Shown: positions 52,545-64,000 of the stretch, one piece after another | How positions within the stretch are numbered: the first letter of the stretch is position 1 | How the letters are laid out: every line of letters begins with the position of its first letter | Origin: Octopus vulgaris | Lineage: Eukaryota | Length of the DNA stretch: 64,000 bases | Reading direction: 5' to 3' | Assembly (NCBI GenBank): GCA_951406725.2 | Contig: OX597821.1 | Coordinates: forward strand, 59,458,001 to 59,522,000 | Notes under the pieces: model-generated | Database searches by the model: none | What the model was told of the DNA's origin: nothing | What the model saw: the letters and a program-made list of their open reading frames with translations, nothing else | Made by a program: the position numbers and the translations under genes

Positions 52545-52857
52545 GGCCCTGTCCTTGTGGTGAGGTGGCATGTTTGTCTCAACAACCCTGAAAGCTATGC
52601 CAGTGGAGTACAAGCTTCTGGTAGGGCCTCCCATGCTGGACAGGTCAAAGAATAGTAGCCACCCTAATATGGACCAGCTCTTGCTAAAGAGGTTTGCATA
52701 GGGCTAACAATCCTAACTAGAAAAGAGTGAAGTTACAGAAGCATTGATGATGATTCAAAATCAATAAGACCTGGAAGGGGCAGCCCAGAGTTGAGGACAG
52801 TAGAGAAAAGTCATCAATGGCCTACGCTCCATAGACAGCAAAGGGCTTGAGTAAGTT
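52545..52857 (+). mobile_element. Non-autonomous RTE derivative (RTE-like 5'UTR joined to RTE-like 3' tail)
   Basis: CCTTGTGGTGAGGTGGC...AGCTATGCC...GTAGGGCCTCCCATGCTGGACAGGTC resembles RTE/BovB 5'UTRs as I recall them. Ends GGCCTACGCTCCA...GGGCTTGAGTAAGT. Confidence 0.5.
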
Positions 52858-53134
52858 TTTCCATACTCTATTGGGTTGGACAAGCCTACCTTATACTATC
52901 TGTTTCTATGTGATGCCCAACATTCTGAGATGACCTTCTGTCCACACCTAACTTTATTAAATAAATTATAATGATGACAAAACAGATGATTGATTACGGA
53001 GTTAGATGCTTCACTGTGTTTTTATAAATATTACTAATGAATAATAATAAACTTTTAATTAACTTTCTAAGAAAATAGATAACACTGATACAATTGATCG
53101 AATTTCATTATTGAAACAGCATTGGGTTTTTTTT

Positions 53135-53545
53135 GGATCTTTTCGGTTTGAACAGCAGTTTTTTCAAGTGGTGTCATATGAAATTGTCACCCATAATTAT
53201 GACCCTAGTATCGATCTATTGCATTTCAATCTGTTTTAGGGTTAGGGGTGGTGGGAAGGGTATCTTTTTTTCTTCACAAATGTAAATAAACCCAATCTGT
53301 TTCTTAAACGAGGGACATATTCATACAGCACAATGTTTTTTAACTCAATGGATGTCATTGACTGGTTGAAATTGCAGAAATTGAAGAAAAAAAAAACAAC
53401 AAATATCTTACAAACTATAGAATTTTCTCAATAAAGCCAAGAGAAAAAGATGTTTTATAAACACATTCTACCAGTATACGAAGTTTAAAATTTTTTAGTT
53501 ACCTAGAAATTATGTTAAAAACTGCTGTTCAAACCGAAAAGATCC
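53135..53545. mobile_element. MITE with perfect 29-bp TIRs (GG termini, possibly Merlin-like)
   Basis: GGATCTTTTCGGTTTGAACAGCAGTTTTT ... AAAAACTGCTGTTCAAACCGAAAAGATCC, flanked by T8 and T10 runs. Confidence 0.85.
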
Positions 53546-56464
53546 TTTTTTTTTTAATAACTTTGATGAGCAGTATTGTCAACAGCAACAATAGTAAATA
53601 GTTTTTTTTATCACAGCAGTCAGTAGAACTATAGTGAACCATTTAGTCAAGTAAATAGGAAGACATAAGCAGAATGAAAGAGAAGTCATTGTTGTTTAGT
53701 TCCAGGTCAGCTTGGATCAAGTAGATCTAAAGCGAAAAACATTCTGATAACTATTTTCCCTTTCCTTCCCTTTTTTTTCTTTTTTCTTTCTTTTTTATAT
53801 TTTCAGGTAGCGTGTAACCTGTGTAAAAAAAATAGGTGAATTGAGGGAATCTGGCTGCTGTTTCTAGCAATTCAAGTAATGACTTTAAAAGCTCCTTTGT
53901 TTGATATAACTTTGATACAGTGGTAGAGAGTACACAAAACAGAAAACCAACTAAAATGAACAAGGTTTAAGGATAGAAGAAACAATAAAAGATTCAGATC
54001 ATTCCATAAGATAATACAGATTGAAATGTGTTGCAGACCTATCAAACCCACGTCTACAATGGAAATCTATTTTGTTATCTTTAACTTAGTCATTTGAGTG
54101 CAGCCATGTTGGGGTACTATCTTAAAGGGTTTCAGTTAAACAAATCAAGCCCAGCACTTATTTTTAAAGTCTGGTACTTTTTCTTTCAGTTTCTTTTGCT
54201 GGACTACTAAGTCATGGGGATGTTTAAAAAACACCAGTTGTCAAGTGGTGGTAGTGGGGATAAATACAAAGACATACACATGATGGGCTTCCACACAGTT
54301 TCATCATCATTATCGTTTAACATCCATTTTCGATGCTGGCATGGGTTGGATGGTTTGACTGAGGACTGGCAAGCCAGGAAGCTGCACCAGGCTCCAATCT
54401 GATCTGGCAAGGTTTCCTAATGCCAACCACTCTGAGAGTGTAGCAGGTGCTTTTTACGTGCCACTGGCACGGGAGCCAGTCAGGTGGCACTGGCATTGAC
54501 CACATTTGGACGGTGTTTTTTACATGCCACTGGCACAGGAGCCAGTCAGGGGTCACTGGCATTGACTACATTTTGATGGTTCTTTTTATGTGCCACCAGC
54601 ATGGGGAGCTAATCAAGCGACACTGACATCGACTCCCACTTTAATGGTGCTTATTACGTCTAAAAAATTCACTCACAAGGGATTGGTTAGCCTGGTGCTA
54701 TAGTAAAAGACACTTACCCAAGTTTCCATACAGTGGGACTAAATTCAAAAACCATGTAGTTGCAAAGAGAGCTTCTTAAGCACACAGCTGTGCCTAATAA
54801 GCAGACATTCACTCAACATTTTATGATGATAATGAAGAAGAAGGAGGAAATGGCGGAGGAGAAACAACTGCAGACATGGTTGTTATGTACACAATACTTC
54901 TTACATAGCAACAATATTCATGTCGTCAATTGTAAACACATGGAACTAACACAATTAAAATCCCACTGGACATCATCAATAAAAGAAAATCTGGTGATGA
55001 TAGAATGAAAAGAGTAAAAGATGTCTGATAGGTGGCTGTAAATGAATGCTGTGAGTACATAGGAATAGAGATGGAATCATCATCATCGAATTTAATGTGT
55101 TTTCATTATTGGCATAGATTGAATAATTTGATAGGAGCTGGTGCACCAGAAGACTTCATCAAGCTCCAATGACTTCACTGGTATGGTTTCTACTGTTGGA
55201 TGCTCTTCCTAACACCGGCCACTCTACAGTTGAGTGTTGGGGTCTTTCTGTGGCACGAACACCAGTGAGGTCACCGAGTAACTCACAAGACAAGACATCC
55301 TCAACTGACAATGGAGTAGTATTGAGGGAGGCGGTTTTATGCCAGGTAATAAGAAGTATGATATAGGTACAGGAACAAGTGTCTTGCTGTAGGGGAGATA
55401 CATGGTTACTCTTTTGACAGAGGTGCAGGAACAGGCATCTTGGTGTAAGAGGGAACCTACAAAATCTGAATAACAGAATGTATACGCTTTGGGTGGTAAA
55501 CTAAATCCATCATACAGTTTGACACTACCATGTGACCTAAGAGTACCTTTAGCAGAGCCTACTGTGTTACAAGTATTTGAAACAGGTTTAGGGTCTGCAA
55601 CAATCTGTGAGTTATAGTTTGTTTGTTTGTTTCTTTCTTTTTTTCCTTCCTTCCTTTCTACCAGTCTCAGAAATTCTTGTCACTGGACTATGGCTATGCT
55701 GGGGCACCGCCTTGAAGGGTTATAGTTGAACTAATTAACCCCAGGACTTACTTTTTAAGTCTAGTATTTATTCCATCAGTCTCTTTTGCTGAACTACTAA
55801 GTTATGGTAATGCAAACAAACCAGTACTAGTTGTCAAGCAGTAGGCGGGGACAAACACAAACACATACAACAGGCTTCCACACAGTTTCCAATCTATCAA
55901 ATTCACTCACAAGGCATTGGTCAACCCAGAGCTATAATAGAAAACATTTTTTCAAGGTAGTGTGCAGTGAAACTGAACCCAAAACGAGCTTCTTAATAAC
56001 ACAGCCAAACCTGTAAGAATGTAATGAGGTCTTTGTTGTGCAGTAAATAATTAAGTGAAAACAACAATGACTGAATTGTAACATGGGACACAGAAACAGC
56101 TAAGGAGAGAGAGAGAAAACATTCTAAATACAGGGAATATTAATCCTTTTGAGGGTGACATTATAAAAGATTTGTACAAAACAATAGATTAATCTCATTG
56201 CTGGTGACATAAATACAAAGGATTTGTTGAATTATACAATAAAATATTTATGTGAATGAAATTGAAATATTTTACAGAGTGTATAAAAATGTCAGCATAT
56301 TTTTGTCAACTTTCTAACTAAAATCTAAACTCACTTTATTACAAATGTAGCCAGAAAAATTTCCTCTAATACAATTGTCAGGATTATTTTAATTTTTTGA
56401 AACAACCTAATTTAGAACTAGCAAAAAGATTAATAAAGAAGCGAGATAAAGCCCTAAATATTAC

Positions 56465-56507
56465 CTGCAAGATCATCCAATGAATTTATACTGTATAAAC
56501 CATCCAT
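56465..56507 (-). CDS. TRAK: Candidate alternative first coding exon of Milton/TRAK (14 codons + G, phase 1), would splice to 36733
   Basis: GTGGTGATGG Kozak context. Encodes MDGLYSINSLDDLA + G|gtaata; G+TC gives Val, yielding ...DDLA-VLCAQRV. A second in-frame ATG at 56600 could extend it. Confidence 0.55.
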
Positions 56508-57932
56508 CACCACTTTTACAACATGGTGTTTGAATCCAATGAAACGAAATCTTTTGAAGAATGTATGTATGTGTATATTTGAGTGTATATATATATACAT
56601 ATATAAGTGTTTTTGTTACGAAATCAAATTCTTTCCCAAAAGTAAAGAATCAATATGCATATTATTATTATTATTATTATTACAACTAGCCTCCATTGTA
56701 ATATGTAACGCTCTTAGCATTTCCATATAAATATTCTTTTGCATGTACATAGCCATCTTCTGAGTTAAAGATGATTTGCATTCATCTGAAAGTGAATCAC
56801 AGTTATTTCCCATGTGCTCAACCATCTGATTTGGCTGGATAACTTTCCATTAAGAAATAATAACAACAGAATGTGTCAGTATACACCTAAAGGTACAGTT
56901 ACTGTATACCTGAGAGGTAGTCCAAAGCTGATTAAGAAAACTACCATGTGTAGTTGAAACGAAACGACCCAGAGTAAACTTTCTTTTCTGGTAGGCAGTG
57001 CAGTGGTGAAAACAAACCACATGTCGAAATAATAGTTATCCATTATGAGTGACGCTGTCTTGAATTGGGAAATACTGCACAGCCACTAAAAGCTATATCT
57101 TGCATAACTTTTCACTTTTAATCCAGGTAAAAAAAAAACCCAGTGAATTTAAAGAAACACTCACATGGTTGAGAAGACTGTTAGGATTGAAAGTCAGCCA
57201 GCTTGTAGAAGAATTCAACTAGAATTCATGCTTTGACTAGCACTTACTAACAAATTAGCTTGGCTACATAAGTTTGGAGATATGGCACCATGCTAAGTTA
57301 GTGCTTCTTCAACAGGTAAAGGGAGAAAAATGACAGGTGTGTAATAACAAGAGCAATTGAAAAAAAAACAAAACAAAACAAAGAGAGATGTTAATAAAAG
57401 ACAAGTAAGTGGTGATTGAGTCCAGAGTAGTTCTTTAGTAGCAGTAATAATTGTGGGGAAGATAATGATTGTAAGAGTAGTAGTGAAGGCAGTAGATTGT
57501 CTGGAAGTGTTGGTAAGAGGAGAAACAAAGAGAGAGAGAGGTGATATTGCTAAGAGCAAAAGAGAGAAAGAAAGAAAAGAAGAAGAATTAGTGTGTCCAT
57601 GGCTGGTTGCTAATTTCTTGTTAGTAAGGCAAAAAGAAACAGAAATAAAAATAAATAAAAATGCAGGACTGTTGAATCACTCCAGGGTTAACGACAGGCT
57701 TTCATGTCATTCAGACCAATTCAAAGTAAATGAAGAAAGTAAGAAAGAATATTTCAGATATTTCTTTAAGCTGGATCAACTGACTGACACTCACTTAAAA
57801 CCATCATTATGTGGAAAATAAAACAAACAGAAAATAAATAAATAAATAGATAAATAATGAAATAAAGTAGAATGTTACCTTCATTAAAAAAAAATTATTA
57901 ATTTTTTTATTTTTCAAGAAAGTTGTCATATT

Positions 57933-58852
57933 AGGTGCAGGTGTGACTACGTGGTAAGAAATCTGCTTCCTAGCCACATGGTTTCAGGTTCAGTCCCACT
58001 GCGAAGTACCTTAGGCAAGTATCTTCTACCATAGTGGATTTAGCAGACAGAAACTAAAAGAAGCCTGTCGAGTATATGCACGTGCATGCATGCGTGTGTT
58101 GGTTTGTTTGTCCCTACCACTGTCTAACAACCGGTGTTAGTATGTTTATGTCCTGATAACTTAGTAGTTCAGCTCAAGAGACTGACAATAAATAACAAGC
58201 TTAAAAAAATAAGTACTGGAGGGGAGGAATTCGTTTGACTAAAATTCTTCAAGGCGGTGCCCCAGCATGGCCACAGTCTAACAACTGGAAGAAGTAAAAG
58301 ATAAAAGATATTCACAGAAGATATAGGTTCATGTCTCACCTGCAGCCTTCAACTTTACCTATCCGCAGGGGATTTTTTTAAAGCCAATATTTACATTGTA
58401 TTATTTATAATTTCATCTACTTTGAGTTCTACCACTGAAAACAGATTATTTCTGAAATATAATATTTGGTCTTTTCTTTTACTTGTTTCAATCATTAGAC
58501 TGTGGCCATGCTGGGGCAACGCCTTGAAGGATTTTGTAGTCAAATGAATCGATCTCAGTATTTTTTTTAAAAGCCTGGTACTTCTATCAAAGTCTTTTGC
58601 CAAATCCCTAATTAATGGGGATGTAAACACATCAACACCAGTTGTCAAGCACTGGGGGTGGGGGAACATAAAGACACACACAAACACACTCTAAGCTTCT
58701 TTCAGTTTCTATTCACCAAATCTACTTGTAAGGCTTTGGTCAGCCTGGGGTTATAATAGGAGACACGTGCCCTAGGTATCATGCAGTGGAACTGAACCCA
58801 GAATCATGTGGTCAGGAAGCAAGCTTCTTACCACACAGCCATGCCGGCACCT
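57933..58852. mobile_element. Two family-B SINEs in tail-to-tail inverted orientation (57933-58305 plus; 58472-58852 minus)
   Basis: Head AGGTGCAGGTGTGACTACGTGGTAAG at 57933, reverse head ending ACCACACAGCCATGCCGGCACCT at 58852; tails face each other ~170 bp apart. Confidence 0.85.
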
Positions 58853-60267
58853 CTGAAAATTCAGTATATATTTCCAGAAAGTACATGAGGCTGTAATTCT
58901 TTAAATTTGCAACTATGTGAGTACTAGAAATAGAATGGACAAATGGAAAACCATATGATTCCAAATTCAACTTCCACTTTCAAACAAAATATTTTAGAAT
59001 CAGAGAGAATTGGTATAGTGAACCAACAAAATAGAAATCAAAGCAAGGAATGTAAAAACAAGCATTTTAAACAATAGTGCTAATTCAGTAGTTTATACAA
59101 GTTTCTGTGATGCGAAACTACAAAAGAAGAAGAATGTAGCCCATTGCTAGGTTACAAAATATATAGTTTAACAGTGCAATAAAAGAAAGAAAATAGAATG
59201 ACTTATTCAAAACAAACAAAAAATAATCATTAATTTATGAAAAAAAATTTGAAAATGGAAAGAAAGTTTTCAGTAGTTTGCTTATTCTAAACATTTCCCA
59301 GACATATTCATGAAGATTTTATCAAATACAACATTTTGAAATTGAAAGGTTTTCGTGAAGAATGTTCTGGTATTTCTTTAAGAATTTTTTTATAACTTAA
59401 TTTCTTTAAAAGTATTAAAGCCAAATTTTTATTTATTTATTTTTTACCTTTTACTTGTCTTAGTAATTGGACTGCAGCCTTGCTGGAGCGACGCCATGAA
59501 GGATTTTAGTCAAACAAATCTACACCAGTACCTATGTTTTCAGTCTGGTACTTATTCTATCGGTCTCTTTTGCTGAATTACTAAGTTATAGTGCCACATA
59601 TAAACTGATACTGATTGTCAAGCAGTGGTGGTGGGAGACACACACACCTACATACACACACACAAGCACCATCCGGATGTGGCCGATGCCAGTGCCACCT
59701 TGACTGGTGTCCGTGTCGGTGGTACATAAAAAGCACCAACCATTCGTGGCCGTTGCCAGCCTCCTCTGGCCCCTGTGCCAGTGGCATGTAAAAAGCACCC
59801 ACTACACTCACAGAGTGGTTGGCGTTAGGAAGGGCATCCAGCTTTAGAAATACTACTAGATCAGACTGGAGCCTGGTGCAGCCTCCTGGCTTCCCAGACC
59901 CCAGTCAAACCATCCAACCCATGCTAGCATGGAAAGCGGACGTTAAACAATGATGATGATATATCAAAAGGAAGTGTTATAATACTGTTCCACATATACA
60001 AAAACAGCCATACCAACAATCCAACATACCTCCATCATCAGCCACTCCACAGATATCATTATGGTCTCGACACCTGGGCAGTACCATTCAGGGCATCCAC
60101 AGATTCCATCTGCCAAATTTATTCACAGGGCACTAGTTGGCCAGAGGCTATTGTAGAAGTCACTTACCCAAGATGCTGTGCAGTGGGACTGAACCCAAAA
60201 CCACAAAGTTGCAAAGTGAGCTTCTTAACCACACAGCCATGCTTGCACCTATGAAACTAAGGGCTTT

Positions 60268-60370
60268 GTTTACAGCACTTAGGTTTCCCAAGCAGTCACT
60301 CCGTCTAAATACTAACTAGGTTTGACATTAGTTGACTTTGATGATCAGACAAGAACTGGCATTTTCGATG
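60268..60370 (-). pseudogene. Degenerate 5S rRNA fragment
   Basis: Reverse strand reads CCAGTTCTTGTCTGATCATCAAAGTCAAC...CCTAGTTAGTATTTAGACGGAGTGACTGCTTGGGAAACCTAAGTGCTGTAAAC, colinear with 47540-47630. Confidence 0.75.
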
Positions 60371-60548
60371 GGAAGAAAATCTTCAGAGTATGTCATTATA
60401 TTACTTTTAAAAAAAATTTATAACATAATTTCTTTAAAAAAAGAAGAAAAAAAAACACATTAGAACTAGATTTTTTCCTAGAATTGTATTTTTAAATGCA
60501 TTTTGCACAATAAATAACAAGAAAATACTTCAATAAAAATTACCAAAA

Positions 60549-63010
60549 CAGATCTGCAATTCATTTTAGCCATCGCAACTAAGACCCAAGCTGGCACTTT
60601 TACCCTAATGAAATAGAATGTATGAGTTTCCAAGTTTTGGAGTTTGGAAGAGCTGTGGAATGAAACTCTTCATTAAAATGTTTTTGTTTCTATGACATAA
60701 TGTAATATAAGAATAATTTTTCTTTCTATGCTTAGCTTTGAAGTAAATTATTAACCCCTTCTGGACCAAATGACAAAAAAAAAAATTTAAATTAAAGAAT
60801 TTGAAGTGATTTAGAAACATGATTAATTTTTGACACTTCTGTCAGGATTTGTCAGTGATAGTTACTAAACCAAAGAAACTTATTCCCCTTAGTTTAGTTA
60901 GAAGAACATCTGTTGTGATGATTCATAATACTATGATGAAAAGTTTAATGTAATTATGGACACGTTCAGTTAAAGGGTTTTCTCTCATAGAATGGGACTG
61001 ATACCAAAAAACTTATGTTAGACAATAAGACATGAAAGGGGAGATTAGTAAATAAATGATCGTCTGGACAAAGGGATGTTCCTAGTCTCTCTCTCTCTTC
61101 CACCAAAAGCTAAAGTAGACTTTTAGTTAACTGAAGTAGACAAGACATGGTCACACCAACGTGAATAAGCCAGCAAAGGCTACAGAGAAAGTGACTGAAT
61201 TTAGCAATGATAAACTTTTCAAGTTATACTCAGTACAACTCTTTCATAATTATTATTTTCAGCACTGAACTGTAACTGAATAGCTGGCTGGATGATCATT
61301 TCAGTAGAGGAGCAACCTTTATAAACCAGCAACAACTTCAGTTATGGTAAAAATAAATAAATAAAAAGAAAATAAATACCTTTAAGAAGGCAGGAAATTA
61401 ATAGGAGGAATGTTTATTGAGGATAAGTTAGTAATAGAGTAAATGTATGTAAGTGTACGTTTATATGTTGGTATATACGTGCATGTTTGTGTGTGCTTGC
61501 ACATACAGATATTACATACACACTGATTGCATTAAAAACTTCAGTTGAGGAAGAGATTCTGATGACGAAAAGGAGAAAACTGGAATGAAATATGACCAAA
61601 TAACATTGAGGGAGGATAGCAGAACTGAACGAAAAGGCATGATAAAAAAGATACACAGATAATCACCCTCATCACTTCATTTTAACACCCATTTTTCCAG
61701 GCTTGCATAAATCAGATGGAGTTTATTGAGGTAGATTTTCAACGGCTAGATGCCCTTCATATTGCAAACCTTTACCCAGATCTGCAATTCATTTTAGCCA
61801 TGACCAACATGTTTTTAAGACCCAAGCTGAAGAACATTCATTACCCTAATGAAATAGAATGTATGACAAGTTTTGGAGTTTGGAAGAGCTGTGGAATGAA
61901 ACTCTTCATTAAAATGTTTTTGTTTCTATGACATAATGTAATATAAGAATAATTTTTCTTTCTATGCTTAGCTTTGAAGTAAATTATTAACCCCCTGGAC
62001 CAAATGACAAAAAAAAAATTTAAATTAAAGAATTTGAAGTGATTTAGAAACATGATTAATTTTTGACACTTCTGTCAGGATTTGTCAGTGATAGTTACTA
62101 AACCAAAGAAACTTATTCCCCTTAGTTTAGTTAGAAGAACATCTGTTGTGATGATTCATAATACTATGATGAAAAGTTTAATGTAATTATGGACACGTTC
62201 AGTTAAAGGGTTTTCTCTCATAGAATGGGACTGATACCAAAAAACTTATGTTAGACAATAAGACATGAAAGGGGAGATTAGTAAATAAATGATCGTCTGG
62301 ACAAAGGGATGTTCCTAGTCTCTCTCTCTCTTCCACCAAAAGCTAAAGTAGACTTTTAGTTAACTGAAGTAGACAAGACATGGTCACACCAACGTGAATA
62401 AGCCAGCAAAGGCTACAGAGAAAGTGACTGAATTTAGCAATGATAAACTTTTCAAGTTATACTCAGTACAACTCTTTCATAATTATTATTTTCAGCACTG
62501 AACTGTAACTGAATAGCTGGCTGGATGATCATTTCAGTAGAGGAGCAACCTTTATAAACCAGCAACAACTTCAGTTATGGTAAAAATAAATAAATAAAAA
62601 GAAAATAAATACCTTTAAGAAGGCAGGAAATTAATAGGAGGAATGTTTATTGAGGATAAGTTAGTAATAGAGTAAATGTATGTAAGTGTACGTTTATATG
62701 TTGGTATATACGTGCATGTTTGTGTGTGCTTGCACATACAGATATTACATACACACTGATTGCATTAAAAACTTCAGTTGAGGAAGAGATTCTGATGACG
62801 AAAAGGAGAAAACTGGAATGAAATATGACCAAATAACATTGAGGGAGGATAGCAGAACTGAACGAAAAGGCATGATAAAAAAGATACACAGATAATCACC
62901 CTCATCACTTCATTTTAACACCCATTTTTCCAGGCTTGCATAAATCAGATGGAGTTTATTGAGGTAGATTTTCAACGGCTAGATGCCCTTCATATTGCAA
63001 ACCTTTACCC
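60549..63010 (+). repeat. Direct tandem duplication of ~1.23 kb (60549-61777 and 61778-63010)
   Basis: Near-identical copies; ORF-track twins 61414/62647 and 61716/62949 are offset by 1233 bp. Confidence 0.95.
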
Positions 63011-64000
63011 ATTTCCAAGCAAAGTAATATTTCCCCATGACCAGACATGTTTTTATGGAAGATTGAAAATGAAGAACATTCATTCACAACAATCACACAA
63101 TGTCAACACAAGGAGAGAGACGTGTGTGCACACAACAGGCTTTTTCTCATTTTCTTTCTACAAGATCCCTTCATGAGGCTTTAGATGGCCCAGGGCTATA
63201 GTAAAAAAACACTCCTCAAGGTATTGCACAGTGGGACTGAACCTGAAACCATGTGGTTGGGAAGCAAATTTCTCAACTATACAGTCACAATTAATTTAAT
63301 ATGTGATAGTACAGATTTGTTAGATGGAAAAATAAAACTTAAACTGTATTTTCATTAAAAAAAAAACATCTTTTAGGGATTAAAACGGTTCATCAAGAAA
63401 AAAAAGAAAAAAATTTTGGCAAAGGAAGACAACTGATTTGTCAATATTTAAGATTGAAAAGAAAATTTTTAAAAAATAAAGACCTGTATATTTTCGTAGA
63501 TATAATGGTAAATCCATATTGTCTATTCATAACATGATTTGTTGTAAATAAGTGAAAATATAAGATTTAGCAGAACATCAGGAACAAGGCAGGAGTATGA
63601 AGTATAATGGTTCAATACTAGTTGTTAGCTGAAACTTCATGACACTGATCATATGAAAGGTAATTGGTGAAGAAACCATAGAGATAGGTGACGTAGATAC
63701 AAAGAAACATTTATGCTTAAATCCAACTTATGATTTTCTGACTCCCAGAGAAGGCCATCCTCTTTCAGAAGTTCTTCAATGTATACCAATAAAAAGCAAC
63801 ACCAAATATTGGATTTTTAACAAATCCATCATTCATGAAATTAAAAAAGTGGATTCATTCTTTCAACTGTGACAAAATAAGTGGGACTGATGAAAATATG
63901 AGAGAGGGAAACAAACTTTGATATGGTACTGGACAACAGGAGGATGGTTCAAACTGTTTTGATTTCTGACCATGTAGTAATACTACTGTGTGTAGTAATG

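Noticed and set aside
57876-57885. ATGAAG|gtaaca as a micro first exon on the minus strand
   Set aside because: Only two codons, wrong phase for the 36733 exon, weak donor, expected by chance.
61555-61600. CTGATGA...GAAA (and its duplicate near 62790)
   Set aside because: No stem II or stem I pairing.

Overview
AT-rich, repeat-dense eukaryotic DNA. The SINE families, (TA)/(CA) microsatellites and very long introns look like an octopod cephalopod (Octopus-like); this is my inference, not a database result. The window holds the 5' part of a minus-strand Milton/TRAK gene (HAP1_N coiled-coil mitochondrial motor adaptor). Three conserved exons with clean GT-AG ends and matching phases lie at 36657-36733, 9726-9842 and 3295-3395, and the gene runs off the left edge. 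Two further ATG-initiated exons look like alternative first exons: 56465-56507 (phase 1) and 28868-28972 (phase 0). The rest is intronic: several tRNA-derived SINE families, LINE 3' fragments (CR1/L2, RTE), MITEs with intact TIRs, Helentron-like elements and a decayed mariner. There are also palindromic Penelope-like remnants, two carrying hammerhead-ribozyme-like motifs. A full-length 5S rRNA copy is fused to a SINE-type 3' tail (candidate 5S-derived SINE). A 1.23-kb tandem duplication near the right end has a mosaic junction that suggests an assembly artefact. Almost all ORFs in the supplied track are spurious. Repeat boundaries are approximate, read by eye.
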